Shown: piece after piece, positions 40,601 through 55,600 of the stretch
How the letters are laid out: each line of letters starts with the position of its first letter
How positions within the stretch are numbered: the stretch's first letter is position 1
Assembly: GCA_002633005.1 (NCBI GenBank)
Contig: NMRA01000900.1
Location: forward strand, 41,785-105,784
DNA: 64,000 nt
Reading direction: 5' to 3'
Source of the DNA: Phoronis australis
Taxonomy: Eukaryota; Animalia; Phoronida
Notes under the pieces: generated by a model
Told to the model about the DNA's origin: nothing
Seen by the model: the letters and a program-made list of their open reading frames with translations, nothing else
Databases searched by the model: none
Made by a program: the position numbers and the translations under genes

Positions 40601-43600
40601 ACATTTGCCTGTCCTCACGTTAATAGGTCCAAGTAGTGGAGTTACGACCGTGTGGCTAGTAGAAAAGTTGTCGCTGTCGCTTATTCCATGCACAGTCAGT
40701 TTTCAACAGGTACATCAGCCACTCTGGTTTTCTGGTTTCTAAGGAGAACCTGGCCCAGTTCGTCATTCATAAAATTGCTTGCATGAAAATGAAATACGAT
40801 GCTCTTAGATTGAGAGTTAACGAATATATTTTTGTAAAAATCAGCAATCAGCCCCTTCCTTACAGTTCGTCCTCCCTCGAACGTATTCATTGTGACAAAC
40901 CAAATTGTATGGACTAACCTTAGCCAGTAACGAGTTCCTAGTTGTTGTACACCTGGATTTAACACCTACCTTATTCGCCGTAATAACCGCCCATGCCCCT
41001 ATAAGCGCCTCCCCCAAGCGTTTTCAGACTGAAATAAGCGCCCAGTCCATGAACGTGTACATGCGAACAATGACGTACCTACAGTCCTAAAACTCGGCTA
41101 CAGTAACGTCTTCAGTTTATCAAAAAAAAATTGCACGGGTCTTCTAGACCACCAGCGGCACTGCTACGTTTGTATTTAGCTGTGACTTTACACTTCAAAG
41201 TAACGCAGCGCTTCAAAAAGAGCGCAACAGCGTTGCTACTCTCTGGCGACGACCGTGTCCCACTATGGTCTGACCTTTCAGTAGACACATCGACTGTCTC
41301 ATACGGTATAAAAATAACTCGTGTTAAACGCACGTGACCAGGAAGCGCGCGCGCTACATACATGAATCTGTCATCAAAGACATTAGTCGGGAACTTTCCA
41401 TTCATGAAACGGGTAGCATAGCATCGATAAGAAATGAATATTGGCACTAATTTCCGACAATTTCTAATACTATAAAACATGTTTGCGTTATTTTTGAGAT
41501 GGATTGTTTGATTAACCATGATTGGTGTTTTTTGAGCCGAATATCGATAAAATGACAACTGACAGTGAATGCTTACACACCCTTACACCAAAAATAACTG
41601 TCAGATAGTTACATACGCATCCAGCTAGTACAGGGCGACTAATATGGGCCTTACCGAGACAAATGTAGAAAGTTTTTAGCACGAGACCGGCAAGTGCTGA
41701 ATGAAACACGCTCTCGTTTAGGCCTACTGCCTGTGCAAATTTCTTTAGACACATCATAGATTATAGACAACTATAGTCTATGGACACATCTAGCTAGTTA
41801 GATTGCGTGCCTCTGGCCAAAAGACGGTCTCTGCTTTGGCTAATGAACTCTGGTGACACGCACGGGCTCGCTTATTCGCAGACGAACTTCAAAACAAACG
41901 TCACGTGACAACAACATGTGCGTTCGTCCAGACATTTTTCTCGCCGTGTTGCCGATCATACATGTAGATGGCACGATGCTGCACAGATTTGTACTTAAAC
42001 CTGCCGGTTAATCCAGACTCCACGGGAACTTAAAAAATCTTAGAGACGCTACTTATAAAACTTAATGAGGATTTCAGGTAATTTGCTCGAGTCGAAACCA
42101 TTTTGATTCAAGCATTGAAATCGCCATATCGAAGACGGCGATTTCGAGGCAGTCAGTCGGCGAGTTTTCGCCCTGGGATTTCAGCACAATTTTCTGTAAA
42201 ATGATCGTAATTTAGCACCAAGGTTTGATAGCAATGCACCACATTTTTGTTGGAAGTCTTTCATAGATTACATATACGTCACAGAGCGTAAATTTGATGA
42301 ATCTTAGCTTCCGATTTCACCCGTTTCGGAGACCGGGTTTCAACCGCCTTGGGTTATAATAAGCGCCCCCCTGAGCCGAACTTTTCTAAGCGCCCTGGGC
42401 GGTTTATTACGGCGAATACGGTAAATATATTTCGACTATAGGGCAATATTATTAGTTATTGAAAGAGTTGTGTTCGAAGCTCTCGCTTATAACAACTCTG
42501 GAAAGTAGCCCGGGGCTTGGCATTGAGAATTTTTAGCCAGCATTAAGATCTCAGGCAAAATGTTGCGGAGTCGTAGCCGACAACCACACACCTCAGTCGC
42601 TATCACTAATTTTCTGGTGACTTTCTTACCCATAAAATGCACTACGTTTTTTTGTCTTCGACAAAGTCATGAAACTGCACCGATTAAAGATCATCATTGA
42701 TATTACTTGGATCATTGGCAAACACTGGAGAATGGAGAAATGGCCAATGGAGCAAAAATTAAGGCTACATTATAAACTTATCAAAGACCTCTCATCATTA
42801 CGATATTTTCTGTTACCTGGAGCTATTGTTTCAAACGATCACATGCCTCAACAAATACGACAGCGTGCCAGAGGGAAAAGATTTCAACTTTTGAAAATGT
42901 TGCGTTCTTTAAGAAAAAAGGACTCTCCGTTTTTGATTAAAAAGTCCGTTCGTTATGCCTTTGTCATAACCGCTGTACGATGAAGTTGCGTAACGTGCAA
43001 CTCATTTCCATTGGTGGATACATTGTAAAATGCACGGTGGCGGATTTAAAGGGGGCCAATGGGGCCATGCCCCTACCCCCCTAACATTCTGTCATATTCC
43101 ATTGGGCCGTTCGGTGTGCGAATGTCTGACGAGCAAAATCCTCTGTCTCTAACTCTAAATCCTGGATCCGCTCCCGATACAAGTGTCAAAAAGTTGAATC
43201 TTAGGATGCCACTACCAATGGCCCTGATTTACTAGACATAGGGATTTTTGACTCTAAATACATTATCAAGCTATAGCTATGTTCTTTACTGACCTGTGGC
43301 TGAGGGACTGTTTGGGGAGTTGATGTCTTAGATCAAACATTAAAAAGGCAATCGGTTACCAAGGTCCAATGGGTAAAGCTATGTCTCGTTATCTGCACGT
43401 GCGTCGACCTTTACAACCTTGTTACTCACTCAGCCGGCATAAATATGGTATGCAAAAGAATCTGCAAAACATGTTTTTTTAACCTTATACGACATTAAAC
43501 CCCAGTCCACTCATAAAGTCAATGTACTCTACGTCTCACATTTTAGAGCACCAACGAATTATTTCCTCGTTATATTCACTCCAATCGACACTAGAAAATC

Positions 43601-46600
43601 GGAGAAAATACGGCGGGAACTCTGACTATGACAATGGGGCGAGGTTCAATCAGAGGAACTATTGTTACTGTTTTGCCCTATCGTCATCTACGCCAAGTCA
43701 ACATTTGACAGCATACAGGACCATACACCCATTTTGTCATTGTTGAGCCAACTCGGCAAACTAATAGCAACCTATGTAATTGGAGTCATGCTTTTGTTTT
43801 AACTCTAGGCATTAAAATACATACTTAAATTTGTTCCATATCTGTTCCTGGTAAGAACTTATTTTGTGAATATACCACCTTTAGCGCTACCGTCAGATCG
43901 GAAATTTCCATTGTTTTATAGGTAAACTAAAATTGCTAAGATTGCTGTCAACTTTAATCGTTACTTTTAAAATCATGCTTTTAAACAGGTTGTAATGTGC
44001 CCAACTACTTGCCATATCCTGATGGTTTGACTGTTATCTCCTCGGTACACGTGGCACGCATGACTGTGGGATGCCATTCAGTGAGATAACACGCGCTTGT
44101 GTTACACAGAGTAATGCGTCAGATGGCTTGTGAAAAGCTTATTTTCTAATACTGTATTATTTTCAGACATTGACGAGTGTATCATGAACCTGAATGACTG
44201 TCACGACAACGCCACGTGCAACAACGCCGAAGGGGGTTACTCGTGTGCTTGCAATAGCAACTTTTTGGGGAACGGCACATTCTGCGAAGGTATATATGAT
44301 GCCGGAAGACAATCACAAAAACGATTACAAAATCAGTACCTGGAAATAGTTTTGTTGGAATTAATGTTTTTTTTTCTTTAGCCAAGGAATCTCAAAACGA
44401 CTTTTGCAGTGCAAAGATTTAAAGTGTCACCATTTGCTTTAAATTCAGCGAAAATTTCTCAAACTTGATTCGCCCCGACATATGGTTGATATTTAACATA
44501 GCGTTTTCTTAATGTTTTCTTCGGGAAAATTGTGTTTAATTTGAGCTAAGACTACTTGATCTTTTTAATACCCAAGGGAATAGACAGGGTCGGCTGTGGA
44601 GACTCTGACTGATTTATATGCTTAACCAAGTGTAGTAATTCTCCTAACTCGTGTGCCTTTGAAAAGAAAATTATTACTACTCATAGAATATGTAAACATT
44701 TTTAGTAAACATTTTTTGGTATTCATATTTTGCAATTCTGTTTTCGCTAATGTTGGGATGCTGTCTACTTTGCATAGTGTCAAGTACCACTAATAAAAAT
44801 CTTTGAATTTACGAGGCTGCGCTTGGTGTTCTTCTATTGGTTTCTGTAACTCAATGTTTCTACAACGTGAATTTGATCATACAGGCATCATGAATATTTA
44901 TATAGATAAACACGCTCCTCACACGCCATTCACTAAGTTTATAATAACCTCTTTTCAGCTGATATCTGTCCAGAACCTATCACGTTGCCAAGCAACGCTG
45001 TGGTCTCTAGCAGAGCACCTCCTTACGGAGTAGGCGAGCCGGTCATCCTCGCCTGTGTCAACGGATACACGCCGTCCGGAAATGATGCCATCACCTGTCA
45101 AGATGATGGCACGTGGTCGACGGCGGGCTTAGTTTGCAATGGTGAGGGAGTTCAATATTCCAGTTCATTTTTTAATTTACTTATTATTGTGCACCGAGAA
45201 TGTAATAGTTCACTGTTTACAATTCATTTTGCAGGAATTCTTCAAACACATACATGTACTGTTGCAGACAGACGTATGATCTAATTCCGGCTGCGTTCCA
45301 TTTACGGTTTTGTGAGGTCTGACTGAGGAGCCTGCGCCTATCAAATGTAATCAAAGCCACTGAATTCATTACTCGTTATGTGAATAGTTTTGAAAGTAGA
45401 CAGTTTACACTAGACTTTTTAACTCACGTCGCTATGTCATGAATTGGGTCTCGTGACTACATTTTGGTAAATTTTATGAAAAAAGAAAGCAAACTCATAG
45501 CAAATCAGCGATACCGATGTCTTGGCAAAATATCCCTTGATTTAATGCTGAAGACAAGATCTCAGAAATGACTTCAAAGATTTTGTAAGCGATCCTATTG
45601 TTTTCTATATGTCCTACTTCTCCATTGTATATTGCTCCTCTTAAAAATCGTATTCGAAAATATCCTAACAAGGTACTGGAGAGTAGTGGATAAAGCATTC
45701 CAAAAATTTAATAGGAATACAATCCGTCGTTTCTGAGACAAATTACAAACTGGACCTTTTACAGACACGGATGAGTGCGCGGATAACATTCACGACTGTC
45801 ACAGCCATGCCACGTGCCACAACCAGGAGGCGGGCTTCTCGTGCACGTGCAACATCGGTTACAGTGGGAACGGGACAACATGTCAAGGTGATTGTAGTTA
45901 AGGATATCTCAAACTTTATTTAGTGGCCTCTATTCTGGCTCTACAATCAAAATCTAAGCTTTGTCAACTAACAAAATTTTCTGTTTTCTGAAAGCAAAAA
46001 GTAATATAATTTATTGTAATCATGTAAACTTATTGTTATTATCTTTTTTGAGTCGAAATTTTATTTTTAAGAGAAGTACAATAATAGCAAAATAACATCA
46101 TGGTCGATTTTAATGAAACCTCCTTGATCAGGATTTTCTGATTAGTCTTTTCGTTTGGTTTCTGTAACAAGTCACTAGCAAAAATGAGGTAAATGTGCCG
46201 ACATACATGCACAACATACATACATATACAGTGTATGCATACATACATACGTATATGGTGTGTGCATACATACATACATGCATACGTACATACTTATATA
46301 CTGTACAATGTATATTCGTATTTTTTCTAAGTGCAACTGTAGTTTCACGTATTCAATACAGATTTGTTGTCTTCCGTATTCGTTAGTTACCGCTGTTTTG
46401 AACGGCCACTCTTGTCCATGATCTATGATGGTCTATGGGCGCTTTTAGTTTGAACTGATCAGTTACCGCGGCTTTTGAGACATATTACGATCCACGCGTG
46501 CCGATATATGTGAGTTTGGGAAAACACCACGTCAACAATTTACAAGGACAACTGTGTATTTTAGTAAACAGATTTGTTCAATAATACCGTAGCTCTTCTT

Positions 46601-49600
46601 GTTTTGCAAACTAGAAAACAAAAAAAATCTAGTTACACACTTTACGTCCATTAAGTCGGTCTCGTAATATACATAACTGTTCATGGTATGACGTACACGT
46701 ACAGACGACATCTTTCAATTTGCGACTTAAGATTTGGCTAGCTTACAAATCTCCGAAGCGTTTTCTTGATTCTCTGATGATTTCCTCACTCTGTTCGGTA
46801 AAAGAAATTTGATTATTGCTTTTTTGTAAGGAATATCATGACAGAGATTGTCTGTGAGGAAATGGCACACTATGATATTCATAGTTAGCCTGTGACACAT
46901 GGTTCAATATAGCTTAAAATAAAGTGCATCAACAAGGGTGTTCTAATAACATTCATTCTTAGGAAGCATCGTGTTTGCTCCATGAGTTATCTTGTGCATG
47001 TCTTGAATTGATTAAACTAAGTTGACCCATTTCGCACACTCTGTCTGTTTCTACAGTGCGTTTAACTACATGCACGAATGGGTGTGTGAGTTGTCATTAA
47101 ACTGACAAAGAGAAAGTTTTGTCATGTTTCAGATGTGGACGAATGTTCTAATGCCACCGATCCATGTCACGAATACGCCACCTGCACCAATACATTGGGC
47201 TCCTACAAGTGTTCATGCACGGCAGGCTATACAGGGAGTGGTTTCTTTTGTTCAGGTCAGTAGCCGCTTCTTTCTTTAGCCCCAAAAGAACATGTACATG
47301 TTTGTTAATGACGTTCTGAGTAACTGAATCAACCGTTACTATATATTACCCCTTCAGGTCCCGAAGTCTACTCTCCGAAATTGAAATGAAATAGGAAATT
47401 GTTTTTGGCAGAAATACTTAACGTTAAGTGGCATTCAAGGCGCATTATCCTGTGCCGAGTACATTATTGTTTACGCAGACGTGTGTGCACTGTCTAAATT
47501 TTCACTTAGGAACTATAAAATAATGTCAAAACGCGAGATATCGTGTCAGAACTTTAGGTTGATAACTTTAATTCTGTGGTCATCAAGAGGAAACTAATTA
47601 GACAGTCATACATGTAATGTTTAACGTACCCAGGAGCAGAGTAAGTACGACAAGTTTTGCGCTTACTTGAACAAGAACTGAACAGGTAAAAAGATAATTT
47701 TGATATCAAGTGCTACATGTACTAGGAATATTAGACTTCGGGTAATGACCGTACTTACTCACTAAAAACTAGACAGCCTTCAGTTGTTTTCGTACGTTAA
47801 ATTATCTTAAGCTGTGTGTTGTGAGGAATGAGACCGCGCAAACTTAATTCACTGCCGGTATTTTTGATGCAGACATAAATGAATGCAGCGAAGGAACTGA
47901 TAACTGTCATGGACACGCGACCTGTACAAATGTGGACGGAAGTTTCACCTGCGCATGTCATTCAGGGTTCACAGGAAACGGGACATACTGCATCGGTAAG
48001 TATCGTCAACGATTAGCGACACAGTTTGCGTACTGGTGTTGTAGCTTTTTTTCTAAAATCACTGTAAAGGTTACGATCATTGCCTTTCTGCAGACCACGT
48101 CGTAAGAAATAGTCCAATCACAAACCTTCGCTTCGATTTTGGAGCTTACATGTAAGTAGTAAGATACTTTAGGTATTGAATTTCCTAAATAACCAAGAAT
48201 GTTTTGAATTTCAATTTTATTCATGAATTATGTGTTCTACTGTGATAAAAGACATAGTGAAATAACTTAATCGGTGTTTTACTAATAATATAATACCCAG
48301 TTGTTCATTTTCTAAAAAATCTTCAATCTTCACAAGGGTGCAGGTATTTCCAAAAACGGGGTTTTGGCCTTGAGATTTCTATTATTATGTTACTTCATTA
48401 TTTTGGCTACGACAGTAAGTTAAATAAAATAAGGTTTGATAGCGTTTATTGACGAACAAGTCGAATCTACAGAAACCGGAAAACGAGACGGGATCTGGGG
48501 AAAAACCTTAATGAACACAATGGCGTAATCACTTTCCTCTCTTCTGGGTACAATGGAAGCTGGACAACAATACACGACTTAAAGTAGGCCTATGGAGTAC
48601 AGTAGCTCGAACAACGTTTCAACCATAATAACAGTTAAACAACAACGCAATAAACACTTATAACTAAGCATAGTCTCTGTCTAGCATGTCTCCGTCTTAT
48701 CTGCCACGGAAACAGAACTTAAGGAATGAGTACACGGTCCACTGGCGCTACTCCATAATTTAATCACTATCGTGCCATGCGGGGGGTTTGCGGTTGCGAT
48801 GAGAGCTCCGTAATGTGGTGGCATCCTGTGAAACGGCGTCGGAGCTAAGGACATCTTTCTCATCCGAAAGCTGAGGGATATCAGCCCCTGGATCGACTGC
48901 TCCGGTATCTAGGGTTGGTTCAGGTAGAGGAGGAGTAGTGATCACCTCCGGCAATGGAGGGGCTATGAGCGGTACCTCGGGCAGGCAATCCCCCGGGGGA
49001 TCATGCACATGAAGATCGTAGGGGTCGTGGCTAGTAGGGCTAGGCATTAGGTCATCGTCGTCACAGGCATCAAGCTGAGCTGAGGCAAACAACTTAGGAT
49101 TTGAAGTCGTGGAAGACACAGGGATGCAGTCTGATACACGTACAGTGTAAGTTTTACTGCGGAACTGGGAGCGAGTGAACTTACGCAGCTCACACCATTA
49201 GTCAGACACAATTGTGACGAGGTACTTCTCGCGGGCCTTTGTCTTGTCACGATCAGCCTTTAGGATTGCCAGCTGACCAACAAAGAGTCGTGCAGGGTTA
49301 TGAGCACGACCAAGGGACTTTGACCAGGCACTAGGGAAATGGTTGTCAATACGGCATTGCTGTTGACGGAGGATCACTTCCCTGTCGGCAATGGGTAGTT
49401 GACAACCTGTGACTTTATCCCGCTGTGTTCACAATTCACGAGAAGACAAACCATCGCGGCGGACCAGGGACTTCATATTGGACGTGTCATTGGCGAAAGT
49501 TGCAGAGGACTCTGGCCCGCCCTCTGGAGATCAACGCAAGAGTTCCATATGCCCAACTCACCAACTGCATGTTCAGCCACAGGATTCTTATTCACGTTAT

Positions 49601-52600
49601 TAACTTGACCAATGTCAAGGTGAATACCACGTGAAAGTAACATCTGGCCATTCTTTAAAGCAACGAATCCAGGAGCCGCGTCGACTCGAACAGTTATTCC
49701 GTTTTCAGTAAGAGGGCATAATGCAGAACAAAGAATAACTAGAATGTTTCTAAGTTCATCATGAGTCTCATTTTGGATTAGGCAGGTTAACGTGTATGAA
49801 GTGACAGGCTCCCTAATAACAAAGATGAACTGCCGATGACGTCGCATAGTTCCAGCCGAGAATGACGAGCCGACAACGTCGGAGGGTAAGGGAAAGCAGA
49901 CTGGGGTTGGAAATAGGCAGCTATGGTTATGACAGACTGGCAGATATGACAGGCAGAAGTGACAGCGTCAATGACCTTATCGATGTTAAGTAGAAAGAAG
50001 TAGCGAGTAAAGATACGCTTCGTTTGGTACTTGAATGGATGGCCAAAGCGTATGTGAATGGCTGTGAGTAATCCATTCAGGACGTGGCGTGGCACAACGA
50101 TATGTTCACGTTGGGGTTGGAATGGCTCAGCTGACTTAACAGCTAAGACGCCGTCGTTGGCGATTGAGACCATATTGAGATAACACCTGACAACTTTGAT
50201 TTTGCTTTGCTTACGCGAAGGACGAGTACTCTTAGACAGGTGGGCATGACTTTGGCGAAGGTCTGTGCATTTCTGTTGGGTCAACAGCCAAGCTGCGCCG
50301 CTTGTGAAGGGCATACGCGTGGCGCTCTGAAGAACATCATCAACCGACAAGCTTTGAGCGACTGAATCTTCCAGTTCGGCAATGAACTTACATACCTGAC
50401 AAGAGGAGTCTTGGTAGGATGTTGGGTTTCTGCTGGAGAAGTCGGAGGGGAGGTTTGCTTCACCGGCAATATGAGGTAAAGAAACGCCATAAAGGCTCAA
50501 TGTAGATAGAAACGTCGATACTCGAGCGCTAGTTTAGAACTCGCCTCGCATAAGTTTTCCGTAGGCCTGAACGCATGGACAACTGTCTGTCAGGACGTGG
50601 GTGGGATTAGAGGCCTGGATGATATATGACGGACTGCTGCACCAATATACAGAGTATCAAATTCGCAGTGTTTGATGTTTAGGCAGCTTCGCATTAAAGA
50701 AGCCAGCGAGGAGAAGTTCCCCCCCCCTGCGGAGGTACAGGGTGGCACCCAGGTAACGATTCTTCACAGAACTGTCACTCACAACGAGCAGATGATCATC
50801 AGGCATGAATATCACCTTTGTGTCTTTGAGAGCAGACTGGGACCTCTTAAAGAATTCCGTGAGATCGTTGGACCAGGAGATGCGTTCACAAAACTCGGGT
50901 CGAGCCACGACAGCTTCAAGCGGGTCGAGAAGAGAGGCATAGCCAGGGAGAACACGACTTAGCATCTTAAAAGTCCCGATATAAGATCGGAGACCGAACA
51001 CAGTTGTGGGAGGCTCAACTGAGGAGAGAGCTGAGACCTTATGGTCACTGGCCCGTAAAGAACCCTGGACCATTTCCAACCAAGGACGGTGTTCGACTTA
51101 GAGAAGATGACGGTTTTCTTGGCGGACAGACGCAGGTTGTTTCGCCGAAGAGCCTGGAGGTATTGTCGCCAACGTTGGAGCACCTGGTCAGGTGAGCTTC
51201 CACCTACATACAGATCATCTGCGATTTTGGTGACCCAACCTTGCTGAATAAGATCACCCAGAACTCTGGACATGAGCTCCTCATGACAAGTCTCTGATCC
51301 CGGCATCCCCATTGCAGATCGAGTGTAAACGCAAATGCCTATAAATGGCGTAGCAACACCACAATATTTCATTTACGAATGACTGAGAGGAATCTGGTAG
51401 AAGGACTGCAATAGGTCAGATACTTTGAGTTCAATTTTCCGATGTCGCGTAGGACACTGTTGGGGCTTATAATAGCGGGCAACCTCTCCAAACGAGGTAA
51501 CAAGCCGACTACCGCCGCTTGGGATTTTGGTGAGGAATGAGATGTTAAGATATTCTACATGAACTTTCACCTGTTCTGGCCTGGCGAAAACACCAGCTGC
51601 CTTGAGCTCATCAAATTGTGTCTGAAATTCAATAAGAGACTCGCGCTTGTATTGGGGAAGTCGGCCTTTCTGTTGAGGAGGGAGAGTAAGTCTAACATTC
51701 ACAACAGCCTCTATCTTCCCATTGTACTTAGAAACGACAGGGTTGAATACATCATCGAATTCAGCGTATAGCGATTGGAAGGGGTTCCGCATGTCGCCAG
51801 GGATGAGTAAATCAGGGTAAAGCTGGATGGAATCAAAAATGGTGGTCTAGTATGGGGGCCTGGAGGCGGGGTGCTAGTGGCGGATGTAGTAGAACCTGTT
51901 ACACGGGCGGGTAGCGACTCTGAAAGTTATCGTACCTTGCAGATGTGTTCGCCAAGTTTAATTAGCATTGGTGAATAAGCATTGTTCTTTACACGTAGAG
52001 TCTGGGCGACTGCGGAGATTTCCTGTGGTCGTGGCCAAGCCATCTTAGGGTCGAGTGATTTATTGAGAGGGTTATCCAACCTAGATTCGAGCGCCCAAGT
52101 GGTATCTAGGGGGGATCAGCCGGTGTCGGTAGTTCGATGTACTGGCCGGGGAGAACGAGAGAACGCTTTAGGCAACGCAAGAGAAGAGACTGGGTAAGTC
52201 GTGCAGTGGGTAATATCTTCTTGGGAGTACTGACACCGTAGGGGACGGTATCAGAACCAGCAATTACGATCTGGGGGCGAACACCAATGTCATTGTAGGA
52301 CATGAAGGGATTTCCAGCTAAAACGTCAACATCAAGCTGGCGAACCACCAAAGCATCCAGACGAAAGTTGTGAGAGCCACGTGTAAGCCCGCAGTGGATC
52401 TCGCCAACAACCTCAAGGGGGGTAATGCCGTCAGCCTGGCGGACCATCTGCGAAGCGGGGGAAATAGTCATGCAGTATAACGATACGGGAGACTCGTGCA
52501 CCATTTGAGTAGTAGCACCAGTGTCTAGAGTGACTTGCATGGGATGATCCTCTAAGAAGGCTTTCAAGACAGGAGACTGCATAATAGTGACACGTCGACC

Positions 52601-55600
52601 TGATTGGATGTCAAGTGACACAAAGCCACAGCAGGCGTGGGCAGCTTCGGTGGACGGTTCGTCGTCAATATCAGCGTCATCGTCTTCAAAGTCCGTAACC
52701 CGGCGAGATCTGGTGATGCTACGCTTATCGCTGTCAGGTAGGAATCTGCAATCCTCAAGGTTGTGGGAAGACGATGATCGGCCGGCGGTCTTGCAGAGAA
52801 TGCAAGAATAAAACTTTCTTCTGCGACCAGAGCCCGGTCTCTAATCTCTGTACTCGAAACAAACTCGAAACTATTTTTGGAAATTTCTCTGGTCCTTTTG
52901 TGCGAACTTAAGATAATTGGTTATCAGACTGTGCTCGAATACATTATAGTTTATGCATAGGAGGTTCTAGTTCAAGTTTGCCCTTGAAGACCCTTATATT
53001 CGTGCTACAAACTCTAGTAAAAACTCGAAATTTCGAGTTCAAACTCGAACTTATTGCTTTAATATTGGATTTAAAAACTGTAAACTAAGGGCAATAAATT
53101 ATCTACGAAAGTTTTAGTGTACTCGAGCATAGAATAATAGACACTTATCTTGAGTTTGCCCAAAAGTAGAGTAGAAAATGCCAAACCTAATTTCGAGTTC
53201 CATTTCGAGTAAAAAGATTGGAGGCCTGGCCCAGGAGGTACACCAGTGCGCATCACACGGGTGTCCTCGATAGTCCAGAGTTCTTCCGGGAGTGAAGTTA
53301 GTGCGAGAGATATTTCCGTTTTAATCGAAGCCAGTGTGTTGTTACGAAGCTCAGCTCCATACTTCTGCTTGACTAGAAGTGGCAAGCCCGGTTGAACAAG
53401 TCCAAGCCGTGTATACATACAATAACATTTTCCAGCGTCGGGGTCAAGTCCTCCTCATAATCCACGGCGGCTCTATGGTGGGCAAGGCCGCAGTCAGGTG
53501 AGAGGAGATTGTCTTCGAAGAAGGCTGCAGTCAAACGTTGGTAGAGGTCTTCGGGACGCTCGTCGGGTTGCAGGAGGATATTGCAAAGGTCTAAAAAATG
53601 AGCGCCGATTGAGGCAAAGCCAAAGTGATGTCTGATTTTTTGCCAGTTGTCAGCCAGAGACACCGAGTTTTTGACTATCGATTTCCGGGAGAGGACGGGG
53701 CAGTAGTTAGCCACTTGTCCGAGCATAACGGTCAGTCGCTAGGCAGCTTCGACGTCGGTGCCTTCATCGACGAGACCTCGCAACGGGTAGGCACTGGTTT
53801 TCTTGAACCACTTAAAAGTCAAAAATGGCTCGAAGGTTTTGTATAGACTAAGAGTATAAAAGATTTTGCCTCCAGTTCTCATACGCGGTGATGGTCTCTG
53901 TTTTAGTTAGAGACCACTGTTCGGGGGGCGCGTAAGGCCATGTTGAATGAATGTTCCGGATCCAAAAATGTCAATTACTCACGTCATAGACTCAAAAATA
54001 ACAAGTGTCCTTGGCTTGTTGTCACAAGACTACAGTTGCATTAGAGTCTCTTCGGGTGGGTAAAAGCAGCTTCCATCACGACAGTAAGTTAAATGAAACA
54101 AGGTTTGATATCGCTTATTGACGAACAAGTCGAATCCACAGAAACCGAAAAACGAGACGGGATCCGGGGAAAAAACCTCAACGAACACAACGGCGCTATG
54201 AAAGTGTTTTTATTTCACATTCATGTACTGCTAAAGTACCGTAGTACCGATGCTCAAAATAACAGAGACAGGAACCAGTTTGTTTATTTATTTTGTCTAA
54301 AGCAATTTGCGACGTTTTATAGCGCAAATGGTACCCTTTCTGAAAATTGGGCAAAGCACAATACATTTTTAAAAAATGACACAGGCTTTCGAGCGCTCCT
54401 AATTTTTCTGATTCACCAGCGTTTTTGGATTGTTTCTACATTTATTACTTTTTTATCACACCACAAATCAAAAGACTTGCTATTTAACTTCACTTCACTG
54501 GAGTGTCCTATGGTGTTATTCACAGTTATTTCACATCCATGGGTACCAGTTGTTCTTCAATGTTTGTGAAGATGCTTCAAATCCAACACCAAACGTGTTT
54601 TTTGTCATCCTAATTCATCGGAGGTGTTGGTTGGGGTGTGTTACCAACTTAAAGGGGTGTCTGTAGTGAAAGTATGACTTATTGGCATCAGCGATATTGT
54701 CTGGGGTTGCATACTGAGCAATCGGTATGTTCTCAAAGATGTACAAGTATCCAGTGCACATTAGTCAAGACACTGACTTATAAACTCTGTTTCTTGTAAA
54801 CTGCAGCATCTGTCGCACTAAAGAACATAATACAGTCCCTTACCAGATCAAACTTCTTAAACATCCGGGAGCTAAACAGTGAAATTTCGCTTAGAACCAG
54901 TATCATTATTACGTTGGTTTAGTGCCCGTCCCCTGATGACTACAATCCATGCGGTCTTTTAGGTTTGGCTTTATTTCGAAATTTGTTTACGTAATAGTAG
55001 TCTAATATACAAAGTGGTTTCAGATGTTTTAAGGGCATTGGATTCAGTAACTTATCAACGTGCACAGGACTGATATAACGTGTCAGAGTACATGCACTAA
55101 TTTGTGTTGTTTGAATTTCATTTGAAATCAGACTACCGCAAAAAACAAGATTCGTCCTTGATAAGCGTTTGTGACAGCGACAGTTTTGACCTCAGTTTTG
55201 AGCCCGTGTCAATTTCAGAGGTCACGTGCCTACCACCAGAATCCATCCCTTACGGCAACGTCGTGGGTAACATTGGAGCTAAATACAGTGTTGGAGATAT
55301 TGTCAACTACGAGTGCTCGAGCTTTCACCATCACATATCGACGCCAGCATTTGCCAAATGCTTAAAAAGTGGCAACTGGTCAACTTTACCTTTTTGTATT
55401 CGTGAGTACCGTGTAGCTTGGAAATTTACGTGTACACGCCATCCAAGCAATCCAACTTCACTCAGTTATGCAGAGTCCCCTAAGGAGGACTAGAAATTCA
55501 TTAATGTGTGTTTTGCATTGTTTGCGATACGCAACGTACATGTACTTGGAATCTGTTCAGTAGAGTTCTATCAAAATGGTATTAGAAATTCTTCAATTAA

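Larger units (their letters stand above)
48410..54194 (-). mobile_element. Full-length decayed Ty3/Gypsy LTR retrotransposon, antisense in intron 27
   Basis: ~116-bp direct repeats at both ends; candidate TSD GCTA (48406-48409, 54195-54198); polypurine tract next to the left LTR; gag-PR-RT-RH-IN order. Confidence 0.93.
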
